Shown here piece by piece: positions 47,254-61,391 of a DNA stretch of 64,000 nucleotides. The position numbers were made by a program, and so were the translations under genes. The DNA is from Octopus vulgaris. Its lineage: Eukaryota. The notes below the pieces were generated by a model. It ran no database searches, was not told the origin of the DNA, and saw only the letters and a program-made list of their open reading frames with translations. The DNA is taken from contig OX597819.1 in assembly GCA_951406725.2 (NCBI GenBank), forward strand, positions 124,248,001 to 124,312,000, in the 5' to 3' direction. How positions within the stretch are numbered: the stretch's first letter is position 1; every line of letters starts with the position of its first letter.

Positions 47254-48720
47254 TCATCATCAACATCGTTTAATGTCCGTTTTCCATGCTAGCATGGGTT
47301 GGACGGTTCGACCGGGATATGGGAAGCCAGGAGGCTGCACCAGGCTCCAGTCTGATCTGGCAGTGTTTCTACAGCTGGATGCCCTTCCTAATGCCAACCA
47401 CTCCGTGAGTGTAGTGGGTGCTTTTTGTGTGCCACTGGCACAGGTGCCAGGGGAGGCTGCCAGTGTCCACAATCGGTTGGTGCTTTTTATGTGCCACTGG
47501 CACAGAAGCCAATCAAGGCAGCGCTGGCATCGGCCACGTTCGGATGGTGCTTTTTACGTGCCACCAGCACAGGTATCACGACTACAATTTCCATTTGATA
47601 TGGTGACTAATTAAAAATCTATTAAAAAAATGTGAATATGATAGTATATAGTATAGTATATATGTATGTATATATATATATATATCATCATCATCATCAT
47701 CATCGTTTAGCGTCCGTTTTCCATGCTAGCATGGGTTGGACGGTTCAACTGGGGTCTGTGAAGCCGGAAGGCTTCATCAGGCCCAGTCAGATCTGGCAGT
47801 GTTTCTACGGCTGGATGCCCTTCCTAACGCCAACAACTCTGTGAGTGTAGTGGGTGCTTTTTACATGCCACCCGCACAGGTGCCAGACAGAGCTGGCAAA
47901 CGGCCACGAACGGATGGGGCTTTTATGTGCCACCGGCACGGGGGCCAGGCGAGGGTGGCAACAGACACGAACGGATGGTACTTTTTATGTGCCACCGGCA
48001 TGAGGCCAGTCGGGGCGGCGCTGCAATTTCCATTGATCCTCACTTGCCTCAACTGGTCTTCACAAGTAGAGTTTTGTGTCCCAAGAAGGGAAGGTATGCA
48101 TACGTAGGCTGGCTCCATCCCATGTAGAAGGCCACGGGTTATGGTCTCACTTGTCCTGCCGGGTCTTCTCGCGCACAGCACACTTCCAGAGGTCTCGGTC
48201 TCTAGTCATTTCCTAAAGTTCGAAGGTCGTGCTTCACCACCTCGTCCCAGGTTTCCTCAACCGCTAGGGTGTGGCACTTTTTCACACAACTATCTTCATC
48301 CATTCTCGCCACATGGCCATACCAGCGCAAACGTCTCTCTTGCACACCACAACTGATGCTTCTTTGGTCCAGCTTTTCTCTCAAGGTACTTACACTCTGC
48401 CGAGTATGAGTACTGACATTACACATCCATCGGAGCATACTGGCTTCATTTCTTGCGAGCTTACACATATCCTCAGCAGTCACGGCCCATGTTTCACTGC
48501 CATGTAGCATGGCTGTTCATACACACGCATCATACAGTCTGCCTTTTACTCTGTGCGAGAGGCCTTTTGTCACCAGCAGAGGTAAGAGCTCTCTGAACTT
48601 TGCCCAAGCTATTCTTACTCTAGCAGTTACACTTTCAGCACACCCGCCCCCGCTGCTGACTTGGTCACCTAGGTAACGGAAGCTATCAACTATTTCTAGT
48701 TTTTCTCCCTGGAAAGTGAC
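47254..48720 (-). mobile_element. RTE tail (47254-47600) and 5'-truncated RTE LINE (47686-48720)
   Basis: MLHGSETWAVTAEDMCKLARNEASMLRWMC...; FRYLGDQV; 3' UTR units; tails. Confidence 0.92.
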
Positions 48721-49310
48721 GGAAAGTGGGGGATTTTGTGGCCTGCTGCTAATGAGAAAGTGAAATATAAAGAGTTTGAAAACAAGGTTTGTCGGGCTCT
48801 TTATAAAATGAGAGGCTCTACAGTGGAGAAACTGGGAAAATTTACAAGCTCAATTTATGATACAGGAAAGGAATTATTCGGAGTGAAAGAGAGTATCCGA
48901 TTAGTGAAAGGAAAGTGTGGACCAAGCAAGAGGATCAGGGAAATGAAACAGTTGAGGAAGGAAAAGACCAGCCTAAGAAAGCGATGGAAACCCTGATGAA
49001 AAACCTGGCCTTGCGCTACTGTAAAGGAAATGTCGTTACGTGCAATGACATATCCACTGATATGAGCATCGAAAAGAGAGTAAAAGGACTCAGGGGCAGT
49101 TTCTGAAGTGGCTCTTTATCGTGCACAATTGGATGCTCATATCAAAGAAACCTACACCGTAACCAGCCACTGCCACATCTACATGGGCTAAATCATCTCT
49201 CAGAACCTGATATTGAATTCCAAATTGGGGATGTCAGGGAGGGAGAAGTGAATGATTTCGTAAGAAAAGCTAGAGCAAAGAGTGCCCCAGGAGGTGATGG
49301 TGTCTCATAC
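48721..49310 (+). mobile_element. R2/Hero-like non-LTR retrotransposon remnant
   Basis: ILWPAAN..IYDTGKELFG..RIREMKQLRKEKTSLRKRWK and EVNDFVRKARAKSAPGGDGVSY (pre-RT SAPG.DG motif). Confidence 0.6.
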
Positions 49311-49519
49311 ACTTAGATTTTGCTATGTATCATGATGCTTTTCAGAATGTTTTCTTTAGTACAGGAATAACCAAACAGCTCCTAACTCAGTTACAGCACA
49401 ATGTATAGACAATTCTTTTAAAATCATATGGTAAGAACCTTTGCAGCCAGGAAATAATTTTTACAAACCACAGCCTACACCAGTGCAATGCGATCTTTTG
49501 TGGCCCACATGTCGACTTT

Positions 49520-49650
49520 TCCTGATTTGCTGATCTTGTACATGGTGGAAACAATCTTCCTCATAGGTCTGCTGCAACTTTAGGACCAAAATCTGTTGAG
49601 ATTTTCCCAATTTGAAGTAGAACTTCAAGCATGTGGTTCCTCTGAATCCT
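49520..49650 (-). mobile_element. mariner N-terminal remnant
   Basis: CLKFYFKLGKS..KLQQTYEED resembles the mariner HTH start. Confidence 0.55.
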
Positions 49651-49727
49651 TCATTGTTCAACTCGCAACAAATTGCCAAGTGCACTAAACATACATCCAC
49701 ACTAGCATGTGTTGGTCAATGACTAAA

Positions 49728-50730
49728 TCATCATCGTTTAATGTCTGTTTACCATGCTAGCATGTGTTGGACGGTTTGACCGGAGTCTGGGAAGCCAGGA
49801 GGCTGCACCAGGCTCCAGTCTGATCTGGCAGTGTTTCTACAGCTGGATGCCCTTCCTAATGCCAACCACTCCGTGAGTGTAGTGAGTGCTTTTTACGTGC
49901 CAGGGGAGGCTGGCAATGGCCACTGACATGGAAGCCAGTCAAGGCAGCACTGGCATCGGCCACATACGGATGGTGCCAGGGTAGGCTGGCAACGGCCACG
50001 ATTGGTTGGTGACTAAATAACAGAGCATAATTAGTCTGATGTTTAAAGTTATCCATACACAATCACAAGCATGCTGTTAGTAAATCAGCAAGCCATTTCA
50101 AAAGGTTCTCTTTTCGTTTGACAACTTGTAAACCACTGTATTGTCATTATCACTTAATATCCATTTCCCCACAATGAAATTCATTGGATAGTTTGACAGG
50201 ATTCAATAAGCCCAGGCGCATCATGGTCTATATTAGCTTTGGTATAGTTTCCACAGCTGGATGTCCTTTCTAATGCCAACCACTTTACAGCATGTAATGG
50301 GTGCTTTTTTAAGAAGCATATATTAATACCTACTGAACGATTATCACAGAAGCTGCATATTCCTCCCTTTCAGTTTTGAAGACAGTTACTAGCAGCATCC
50401 TCATATTTGTTACTAAACTTGTATTTGTTTAAAACACGTAATACCAGTGCCGGTGGCACGTAAAAGAACCATCCGAATGTAGCTGTTGTCAGCGCCACGT
50501 CACCTGGCCTCCGTGCCAGTGGCACGTAGAAAGCACCAACCAATCGTGGCCGTTGCCAGCCTCCCCTGGCACTTGTGCTGGTGGCACATAAAAAGCACCC
50601 ACTACACTCACGGAATGGTTGGTGTTAGGAAGGGCATCCAGCTGTAGAAACACTGCCAAACCAGACTGGGCCTGGTGCAGCCTCCTGGCTTCCCAGACCC
50701 CAGCGGACGTTAAATGAAACGATGATGACA
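49728..50730. mobile_element. Cluster of RTE tails (49728-50010 -, 50160-50310 -, 50443-50730 +)
   Basis: Conserved tail and repeat units. Confidence 0.85.
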
Positions 50731-51369
50731 TCAGAAACAGTATTTTCTAGTAATGGCAAATGGACAGACACCCAAAGAACAATTTCATACATAGACACTT
50801 TGTAATGTTTGAAGTGGAGGAAGATTTTGTTGATATATACAATAGCATATAGTAATAATAATAATTTGGTTACAGCCCAACTATTGTGCTCCTCATGAGA
50901 AGGGAATAGATGTTTGGTGTTTATTATACATTGAATAAAATGTCAGCATTATAATTTTAGAGACAGAAGTGATGTTTAAACCCTTCAAAACTTATTACAC
51001 AAAGAAAATTAAGTTGGTATAATTGATTAGCATTCAAAATTTTAAAAAATTGCTTGCTTTTCTTGTGAAACTCAGTATTATGGGAGAAAATATTCTTTTG
51101 ACTTACACAATGTTATGCGACTATCATCAGCTCTTACTAGAAGTTGAAATGTTTTTTTGTTAACACACCAACTTTTCCATGACCTAGATAACTACAAAAG
51201 TTTAGTTAGGTTGAAAATATCCATGTTTCAGCCTGTCTTTTGATATGACAAACAAGTTTTATAAGAAAAGCATGTACATCACAAACCCATACTATGCCCC
51301 TAGATGTTTAGCTCAACAGTGCACACACCTATAGAGACATCTAAGTATAGCCAAACCAATTACCCTTCT

Positions 51370-51850
51370 CACAAACACATTTATGTGTTGTACAAACCAG
51401 GAGTTTGTACATAACACCCTCAGAAGCACGTCGGTTTCATATTTTCCATTATATCACTGACACTGTAAACTTTCCAGAAATGCATAAGCCCTTTGCATTC
51501 CTAGTTTATCTTCATCATTGTTCGACCGTGGTCGAGACAATGGAATTTACTGTTACACCCGACTTCATGGTCCATCATAGCATTACGGAGGTCCTGTTGC
51601 TGGATACCTGTATCCCTGGAGATTACAACAGGGTAGGAGAGTGTGCGCCCTCTGGTATCATGAGCAGATGGCTTCCAGAGGAGAAGAGTAGAAATTACCT
51701 CTACAACAATGTCCAGCAAACTGGACTCTTCTACCTTTCACAAGAGATGATACAGGTGGTAATTTCCCATATATTTGTACTTTGGTTGGATGACGCTTCC
51801 ATGAGAGACTCTGAGCTCTCATAAAGAGGCGAGTGTAAGTTCCATCCATC
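51370..51850 (-). mobile_element. Older RTE/RTEX-like LINE 3' fragment
   Basis: DGTYTRL..RAQSLSWKRHPTKVQIYGKLPPVSSLVKGRRVQFAGHC. Confidence 0.75.
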
Positions 51851-52989
51851 TCAAATTCCTAGTTTAAATTCTGCTACAGTTGACAGGACAATAGTATCAG
51901 ATGGTTTACTGGGGCTGATGTGGTAGATCAGTTTTTCCCTCAAAAGAAAAAAAAAAGTTGATCAAGCCGATGATTAATTCCGAAACAACTACAAGCACAG
52001 AAAAATAGTAACCATTCCAACATTTGACCGGTGCTTATTTTATTAACCTCTAGACAAATGTGTCATCAAAGACATGGCTGGTATTTTGATCAAGAAAATA
52101 TTACCATCATTGGATGGTAGCTATAGCTGAAATTAGCTTCTTGCCATTTTCATTTGTAACAGGAACAGTAACCTAAAATTTCTTTTTAAAAATTTTCAGT
52201 TACCTCCTTTGCTAGGAAAGAGACAACCCACTTAATAATGTCAATTCAGCTAACATGTCACTTTGTTTTAACATATACCTAAGATTAGGATCACAGCCAC
52301 AATGCTTGAAGTCAGCCAGGGTAGATACAGGTTAAAAAAAACAAACGAAAAATGCAGTCCTCTTTCCAGAGAAATATCGAAAAGCACTATGTGAACAATA
52401 AATATACTGTTCTCACCTCATCCCCGTATAACAAGACCAAAGTATCATTCTAAAAACCTACAAAAATAAGCTCTCTACAAGGAAGACTAAACTGTTCTCA
52501 CACCCTTGCATTTTTCATCAATAAAATCAAATGAATATCATACTACAACCTACATTTATTGTAATACACATTATGTAATGTCATATATAAAGAAAACACT
52601 TAGGAGCTATTTTATATTTATTTGTTAAATAGAAAAAATAAAAAGGTTCAATAGGTCTTTTTTCTATTACAATTGGCATTATCAATATGATCTTTATATC
52701 TAGAAGTTTACCAGGACTTTTCAAATTTTTGTTTGGAAATCTAGAATAAATGACATAAAATTGTTTTCATTGTGTATGTTTGCCCTTTTGAGATGTGATT
52801 GTTATTCATATTGCTTTATAATCAAGAACTTTGGCCAATAAAAACAAACGATGATGGCCAGTTCATCCGATGTGTCGCAGGACAGAAGACATTACTGACT
52901 TGATTTTACTGTTGAGATTCTAATGTAAATGTAGGCACCAGCTGAGAACAGGTAAAAAAAAAAAATAAGGGAAAGAAACAGTAACTCAA

Positions 52990-53377
52990 TTATTAACCAT
53001 CTTACAAACAATAACTCTGAGCACCTTTTCAAACTCCACCTGTCTAACACCCGTGGACATACTTTACAAAGTCAGAAAACAGCACAGCTCCCATGACTTT
53101 AGGAAACATTTTTTCACGCTGAGAGTTGCTGAAGCATGGAACAAACTGCCGGCATCAGTTGTTAGTTGTCGGAGCACTGCATCCTTCAAAACTTCCATGC
53201 TTCCTGAGATTCGCCGACACTACACCTGATTTTCTCCCCTCCATACACACGCAAGCATGTATCTGACTCAGTGTTCGCTTCCCAGACATTTGTACATTAC
53301 TGCATATACTTTAAATGCACTTTTGACAAGTTGTGGTGCACCTGAGCACCGTATACAATAATTTCATTATTATTATT
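52990..53377 (+). mobile_element. CR1-clade LINE 3' end
   Basis: NTRGH..RKHFFTLRVAEAWNKLPASVV..STASFK, then an (ATT)n tail. Confidence 0.85.
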
Positions 53378-54275
53378 CACATCCTCTCAGGTTTTGTATC
53401 AAATACTAAGCAAAAGAGGAGTGTAGGCTATCTAAAAGAACCTCGATAGGAATCAGATGTTGCAAGAAAGCAGGTGCCCTATAGTCAGCAATAGTCATTA
53501 AGCACATACGTGTGGTTGGTTTGTTTCTCAAGTTAGTGCTTACAATTTCCTAATACATATTTTACAACAATTAAGAGAACACATTGGAATTTATAGAAAG
53601 TAACCAATATATAAAAAAACCATGAATTTTACTAATCTTGAAAAGTTTAGTTAAAACTTCAAGGGCCCTTCTTCTTACCTTGTAAAACCACACACACACA
53701 CAAAAAAAAAAAAAGATCAGGAAGCATCACTGAGAAGTGAGGAAATCTTTAGTGACCAAACTACTAGAGCACAATGGTTTGATATTAGTGTCAAGAAGGT
53801 TATTGGTGAGCCTTGATCAACAGTGTCAGAAAACATGTTAGTGAAGACTGTTGTATTTCTTGCAGGTTTGAGTAATTATCCTATGTACAAACTGTACTCT
53901 ACTATTTCAGCATATACTGATTCATTAAGAATTTTTCAGGGGAAAACAATTCTACAAGGCAGTAACGAACATAATTTCAGTGAATTTAGAAATTGGTCAA
54001 ATACTTGCAGGAATTCTAATAGTCAAGGAAGTTTGACAAGAATGGTAACTCAACTCTAAATCATACAACCGAAGCAAGTGCCATAAGAAAGCCACACTCT
54101 CCCAGGTCACCAAATGATGGAATTATAAAAAAAGTACCCCCCCACACACACCTGTTATTAAACTGTCAAATTATAGTATCTTAAAAGAAGATACATTCTA
54201 GGTTTGAAGTTTATTAGTAAATATAAGAAAAGATTTTCAGTTGTCTTAGCACCAATAACTAACAATGCTGCTGAA

Positions 54276-54495
54276 CCCTCTCGTTACCAACTCGGCTGAA
54301 ACTGGCACTGGTTCTGACTACAAAAGTCTTGTTTTCATAAGTTTTGAATTAAAATCTTCCACCAAACCTTAGTCACAATTTATGTTCCTAACACTAGCTT
54401 AATGATAACTAAGCGATTTTACTAAATCCTTTGTTATATTTAAAATAATTGAAAGAAACACAGAGCATCTCAAAATAAATACAGTTACGAAAGGG
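54276..54495. mobile_element. piggyBac-type MITE
   Basis: TGAA|CCCTCTCGTTAC...TTACGAAAGGG|TTAA; TIR shared with the element at 60320. Confidence 0.8.
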
Positions 54496-57400
54496 TTAAT
54501 GTAAGAGTATCTGTAGAACCCATTAATTTGCCTACTTTGTTGGTTTTTAATTAGTTGCTAAATTATATTTCTGAATGTTTAGACTTTTGCAATATCTCTT
54601 TTGAATTTCAAAGATGGCAACAAATGAAAACCATGAAGCGTGTGAAAAGAAATACAAATTCTAAATGGACCACCAATTCAACTAGAGCCCCATCTTTGAT
54701 GTAAGCTGGCTTTCTTCTTCCAACAGAGAGCACAGACCAATACACCAAACACAATGATGAAGTTAGGATTCTGATGAATGAGACTTCTAAAAGCAGTATA
54801 GCTATAAAAAAAATTGGATATCAGTATAAGAAATATTAGTTTCTATCTGTGCATAATTAAATCAGCAGGAATTTATAAGAGCTCTGAATGGCACAAAGAT
54901 AAAAGAATGAAAATGTAATCCATTCACAAGGTACATAATGATGCATAAGAAAATGAAAACTTGATATTTGTTGGTAAACACCTGACAGAAGAGAAATTTT
55001 CCACAGGTAGCAGTGTCTCCAATTGTTCTTCAAATATATACATTTTACACTGAGGTCATTACACAATGAAAAGTGACAAGCCCGTGAGAATGTTTTTGTC
55101 CCATTAATAAAAGGTGCAAACAAAAGTTACTTAGAAAAGGCAAATGTCATTCAACATTAAACTAGCCTGTTAGTCAAATGTATTTCCAGCCATGACCCTG
55201 CCACCTCGTTTTTTTTTCATAGATATATACAGGACTAAAATATCCAATGTGCCCTTCTTCTTTCAAAATAGTAGAATGACATATGAGGAAGATTTAGCTG
55301 CTATCTCTAACATGTTGAAAGTCTGTGAACTGAGAGGCAGAATCTCTATATCCACTTGGTATTGGAGCAGTCGGGCATCATTGAAATTCATGTTTTATGC
55401 CTCAATGTAAGTATGTTACACAGTAAAGATCAATGTATTTTTAATGAAAAAGATGTTAAAAGTTGGATATCTGGTAATAGCTGGGAGTAATTCTCAAAAC
55501 GCACTGTAATAGTAGTTCGACTTCTGAATAATGGCTTATGCACAGACACTACCAACATGAATAGTATTCAAAGAACAATCAACATGGTATTTTGATACTG
55601 AACTCAAAGAAAATATGAACGAAACACTTGAAAATATTGTTAAATAACACAGCTGCATGTTATGTTGTACCAGATTTCTCACTGCAAATCTTAAATTTAA
55701 AGATTATTATATAAAATACTTGATATACTGTCAAAATATTTATTGAGAAAATATATTTGAAAATTTAGTTTAAATCAATTCCAGCACATTCATTTTGTCA
55801 CTGCCTCCTTCGTCTTTATTTTACCTTAGAAGTTATTAGGTTTTAGTGATACTACAAAAGTGATAACCATGAAAGAGATCTTCTGAGACCAGAGTAGCTA
55901 GTTATACACAACAGTACACTGTACCAAGGTATTGCATTATCAAAACTACCTGTCATTTATTCCCTTATGCACCATTATTTGTGTTACAGGTGTATACAAC
56001 ATACTACACAAAGGTGCTATCAGAGCTAGTCTTGCATTATCTTCTGTCAAATGCTATTTTTGCATACAAGAGGCCTAACAGACTGCAACTGTGCACGGCT
56101 AAATCAGAAAATCATACAGGATGCTTTCTTATTGAATTCAACATCTTTAGTTTACTTGACTATGTAATTAAAAACACACCAAGAGAGGGAAGGGTCTAAA
56201 CAATACAGTTCTTGATTATGCTGCATAAAATCCCAGAAATACTACCATCTGTTGGTATCAAAACAAAAGGTGAAGAATACAATAGATAGCAAATGAAGAA
56301 GACTGGGATACATGGTTCCTTCCCCAAGACCAATCTATTACAAAACATTCAGTATTTGGTAACTGATATGGAGATGGGAATAGAAGTACCGATATATCTA
56401 TGCACAGCTAAAATAAGAGATAGTTCTGTTAAGTGTATCAACTCTAAAGGCAGAAGAGAGAGAAAAAGGAAAAGGTTCTGCGAGACACACTGGAAATGTA
56501 ATCAAATATAAAGGCCTGAGGGCTTGCTTAACACCCATCAAAGTTAAGTTAACACTATTTTATAGTGTATATACAAGATGGATAGAAATACCCCAAACAC
56601 AGGCAATTACTTCTTTTAAATGGCTTAGTCAGAGAACTGGCTCTTTTCAAGGACTCTGAGATTGGTGAGAGGTAATAATCATCACCAGAATGTAGACCTA
56701 GCTTCAATGCTTGGATCAGAAATGAACTCTGCTAGAGGCACCCAAAAGTGAGATGGAGGTACTAACTGGGTGACAGATTAAACCTACCATCCAAGAATAT
56801 TTCAGTACAAAAGAATATTAAAACAATAATTCATTAAGTCTGCAGAAATTTAAAACCAACCACTTTTTATAATCAGATATATTTTCTAACACACAATTTT
56901 ATAAATACTATCAACTCTTCCTAGACTAAATAAGATCAGTCAAAGCATTAGAATGCAAAAATGTTTTGACTGTCATATATTGAACAAGAAAATAATTTTA
57001 GTCATTTTTAACACTCACTCAGAAAGAAAAAATAAAATTTATGACTGAAGTGTGAATTTCAGAACATGAACAATGATAAGGATAAAGGGTAAAAAAAATT
57101 TTTTTTTTTAAAATCAATAACGTATGCATGGCCAAAAACATTCGTCTTGTAACTCAGATACACTTCATTCAAAAGTTCTAATTAATGTGACACTGAAAGG
57201 TAGGAATATATATACACATACACACAGCATGTGTGACATGTATATATAAATGGAGACAACTGTGCTTTCAGTTCAAAAAGAGAAATGAAAATTTCTTTTA
57301 AGGTATAAAATTTACATAAAAATCAAAAAGATATGAAAACCAATACTAAATCCTTAAAAACTGACATAATAAAATCCCTTACTGGTAGGAAACGCTATCT

Positions 57401-58004
57401 GCAAATTACAGATGTCTTCCAACTGTCTCACCAAAATGAAATTGCGACTTTAGGAAGTAAAAGATAAAATTAACTGAAACAGACATGGAATGACCATTTA
57501 GTTGAAGATTTACACTGAGATCCATTTACTAGAAAAATTTGATTAACAAACATAAGGGCCCAAATGGCTCTCTATACATTAAACCCACTAGGGCACTAAT
57601 TTTTTTCTTTTTTTATACATAGGAGATTCAAATAAACTCTAAAAAGATAATTTCTAAAGTTGGGGGAGAGAAAAAAATAATAATCATGACTTGTAAGTTC
57701 ATTTAATCTCAAACTGTGTAATGCTTTAATGATAAGTAGACATTAGTAGTCTGGATGACTGTGCACTGAACATGATTTGATTAGTGAGCTGCTCCACAGT
57801 GGCTAAAAAAAGTAGTCGGTAGATGAACATTACTGTAAATCCACCAAACCACAAACAACAACTGTTCGGCTCGCCTAATGTTATCTCTGAAACGGAGAAT
57901 GACAATATATTTACAGAAGGCCTTGTGATAAGGCTTACGGAGTTTACACCATTTTTTTTCCTTCATTGCAATCATTAATATAGAATTCATTTAATAGTCC
58001 AATT

Positions 58005-58090
58005 TCATTCTTTTGATTCTTTTTTTGCTTCATGAGCCTTATCATCATCCTCATCTTCGTCATCACCGTCTAAAACTTCCACATCTTCAC
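58005..58090 (-). CDS. SET: SET last coding exon
   Basis: ttttgcag|GT...; GEDVEVLDGDDEDEDDDKAHEAKKESKE then TGA (58007-58005); phase matches the previous exon. Confidence 0.85.
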
Positions 58091-58241
58091 CTGCAAAAAA
58101 GATAAGATATCATAAAAAAACTGCAGATGGAGATACCTTTTCTTAATTAATGTTTTAAACAAATATAAACAGAGAAGAATTTCTATAACCAGTGGTAGAA
58201 CAGCTTCAAAACCTCTAAGCCATTTCTTCAAAGTTGTTTAA

Positions 58242-58463
58242 CCTTTTAGCATTTAAACCGTCCATATCCAGCCAAAAGTATTCTGCCTGTTTTGTGTTCA
58301 AACTGACCAAATCTGGTCTCTCACACCAACCCTACAATATCGTCTTAAAAATTAACAGCTACCTCATCAAAATCTCAAAGCTACAAGATAATGCCTGATT
58401 AGTTCAAGGCAATGTGGATAAAAAAAGGATTAATTTTGGAATAATAATGCAAACACTAAAGGG
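58242..58463. mobile_element. TTAA-flanked piggyBac-type MITE
   Basis: TTAA|CCTTTTAG...CTAAAGGG|TTAA. Confidence 0.75.
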
Positions 58464-58599
58464 TTAAAAGGGCTCCAGCAGTCAATGAAAATATCCCTCA
58501 CATCAACCTTTTAATGTCTATTTATCTGTATCATAGGCTAGATGACCCCATGACACAAGCAGCCAGTTATTGGGGTGCCACCCTAGACACTTCCATGGT

Positions 58600-59130
58600 C
58601 AGATGTTGCCACTGTCATGTGTAGCAGGTTTGCTGCAGTGACCGGCTCAGTACTTTTTGTGGTCAAATGAAGATGCTTTTTCCTGTCTGTTTCCATGAAA
58701 ATGGAGTAGGCTTCATCATTCACAAAGCCAAAGTAGTTTCAGTCATCAACTGCATATCAGTATCCAGCAGGCTCTCATCACTACACACGTGGCTGCAAGA
58801 CCACAAAATATTACCATAATACAAATCTATGCACCAACACTTGAATATGATGATGACACCATTGAAGAATTCTATGAGGACCTGGAGAAAATCACCAAGA
58901 CGGCCCCAAAACGGTCCTTAAGAAAAAAAAAGCCCTCATTGTCTCAGGAGATTGGAACACCAAACTAGGGCAGAATGCATATGACCAGTCAGCTTGGACA
59001 GCGGGACAGGAAAAACCAACGCCTGTGGACTGCAACTCCAAGAATTTGCTAGCAAGCACAAGCTGACCCCAGTCAACATTGTCCCCATACAAGACCTAGC
59101 ACGAAAAAACATGGCATGCATCCAAAGGCA
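58600..59130 (+). mobile_element. Old RTE APE-domain fragment in a SET intron
   Basis: GVGFII, ISVSSRL, ITIIQIYAPT..YDDDTIEEFYEDLE, VSGDWNTKLG. Confidence 0.8.
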
Positions 59131-59271
59131 GGAATAAAATATATTTTCACAAAAATACAAACAAGCATACATACAATCCACATGACCCCCCATGCCTACA
59201 TCATGAAAAGACAAATGGACATTACATCATAAGCAATATAGAATTAATCAAACCAAATTTAATTTTATTAC

Positions 59272-59337
59272 CTTCAATAGCTTCGCCAACTTCCTCAACT
59301 TCATCATCGTCCTCATCTACTTCATAGATCTCCTCAT
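59272..59337 (-). CDS. SET: SET coding exon (acidic tail)
   Basis: tttttaag|AT...GAAG|gtaata; DEEIYEVDEDDDEVEEVGEAIE; phase 1/1. Confidence 0.82.
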
Positions 59338-60160
59338 CTTAAAAAAAAAAATCACCATTATACATTTCGTTTTTGGATTTGGTTTGTAAGATTCTTTATA
59401 TGAGTTCGTGTGTTGAAGCATATTCGATTGTGTCTGGGGAGAGTCATTTTCTTTTTGTGCCTTATTATGTAACACACTCACCAGTAAAATTTCCACATTT
59501 TTCTTATTTTTATTGTCCTAAAAGAAAATGTCTCTCCCCAGACACAGTAGAATCATTCTACATGTTTAGTAAAAATAAAAATAAACTATTTCTTTCAATA
59601 GATACAGTATAGTTAAACCAAGTATTTCAATGTAGCAGTCTATTACCTAAATGATGCAGAATTATTAATGCAAAGGATAAAACTTTTAACAGATTCTCAC
59701 AACTACCCCAAAAGAATTAAGGCTAAAGGAAACAAAATTGCTCCAAGGACTGAGACTAGACAGCAACATCCTCTTACTCCTTGAAGTACACCATTCACTG
59801 CCTAAGCATATCAGAAAAAATTTATCTACATAAAAAAAGGCTATAATCTAAAAAATGGAGAGCAAGTAAAAATTAAAGCTAAGATACATGAAATTTAAAG
59901 TCTGAAAAAACAAATACACAGTGAATTTACTAATTGAAATGGTGCTCCATAAGTTAGCTGGTGAGAGCCTTACTTCTCAAAATGACAACTAAAGATGCTT
60001 ATGAAATGCTAATTCCTGTGAGTATCAAGAATAATCAAGCATAATGACTGATGTGAAATGATCACACCAACCTTGAACATAAAAGACAAAAAAATGCTTA
60101 ACAAAAACTGGATTCTTATAATTTTTAGTTTGGTATCAAAAGGGAAAAACAACAGCTCAC

Positions 60161-60240
60161 CATCATCATCATCGTCATCATCATCTTCATTCACAACGAC
60201 AACAGATTCATCTAGTTCATCATCATCATCATCTTCATCA
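60161..60240 (-). CDS. SET: SET coding exon (acidic tail)
   Basis: ctag|T...G|gtgagc; SDEDDDDDELDESVVVVNEDDDDDDDD; phase 2/1. Confidence 0.87.
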
Positions 60241-60319
60241 CTAGTTAGAAAAACAAACAGTATTGCAATAAAACATCAAACTGCATGCTCATAAAAGCAC
60301 ATATTACATTGTAACTTAA

Positions 60320-61391
60320 CCCTTTCGTTACCAAACCGCTCCCAAAAAATTTTGGTTCATGCGACCAAGCCACCCGTAATTATCTATTCATATTTAAATG
60401 AGAATATCAGAGCAAATCTCATTAGTACATTCGTGAAAACACGTGATTATACTTCGTAAACAGTTCATCTACAGTTCTGTACAACAATTGAAGTGTAATT
60501 TTAAATCCGTGAATTTTGGGAGATTTTTTTCCCCAAATTTGTTCCTATTGTGTTTTCAAAATTTGTAATTCTGACAAAAAATGGATACGAATTTCATTCT
60601 ATCAAGCAGCGGGTCAGAATTCGAAGGACTTTCTACTGAAGACCTTGATAAATCTTACTCTATGACTGAAAAAAAAAAAGCAAGTGGTATTTGATAATGA
60701 ATCCAATGTTTCATTCTCCGAAAATGAAAGCAGTGAATCCGAGAGCTCCGACAGCGATAAAGAAAATGAATTGGCATCTGAATGGAGTGAAAATTTAAAA
60801 ACTGTTCCTTTCAGCGATTTTTCTGAAGAAACTGGACCAAGTCACAATATTTCCCAGGAGAGTAAAGCCTTTAGACCATTTCTTTTTACTTTTTTGAATG
60901 AGCTTATTTGAAATCATTATGGCGGAAATGAACTGTTATACTAAATGTAAACAAAGCGAAAGAAAGGATAGTTTGTGGTCTCCCACACCCTTAAATGAAA
61001 TTAAGGCCTATTTTGCCATAAATATTATTATGGGTATCAGAAAGTTACTCAGAATAACAAATTCTATAGTAAAATTTTGTTGTATACCCAATTGAATATT
61101 AGCTAATAACCCAATTCCTATAGCAATGTTTGAAGAAAAATTTTAATAATTTTATATTTTGTTGAATTTACCTGTATCTACCTGCAATTAGAGTCACTTT
61201 GTGACAAAAATTAAAGTATAGAATTGGTTGAGAACCTTTCATTAAATTATCTTCCAAAAATCACATTAATATATTGACAAATAAAAAAGTTATAGTTGTT
61301 TAATGAAACCAGACTAAATTTATGATTATGTTAAAAATTAATCGAAACACATAAGGGGTGTATTTTGGTCAGAAATATAGTAACGAAAGGG
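60320..61391 (+). mobile_element. Internally deleted piggyBac transposon in a SET intron
   Basis: TTAA TSD on both sides; TIR CCCTTTCGTTAC / GTAACGAAAGGG; transposase remnant W.PT..NEIKAYFAINIIMGI. Confidence 0.9.
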
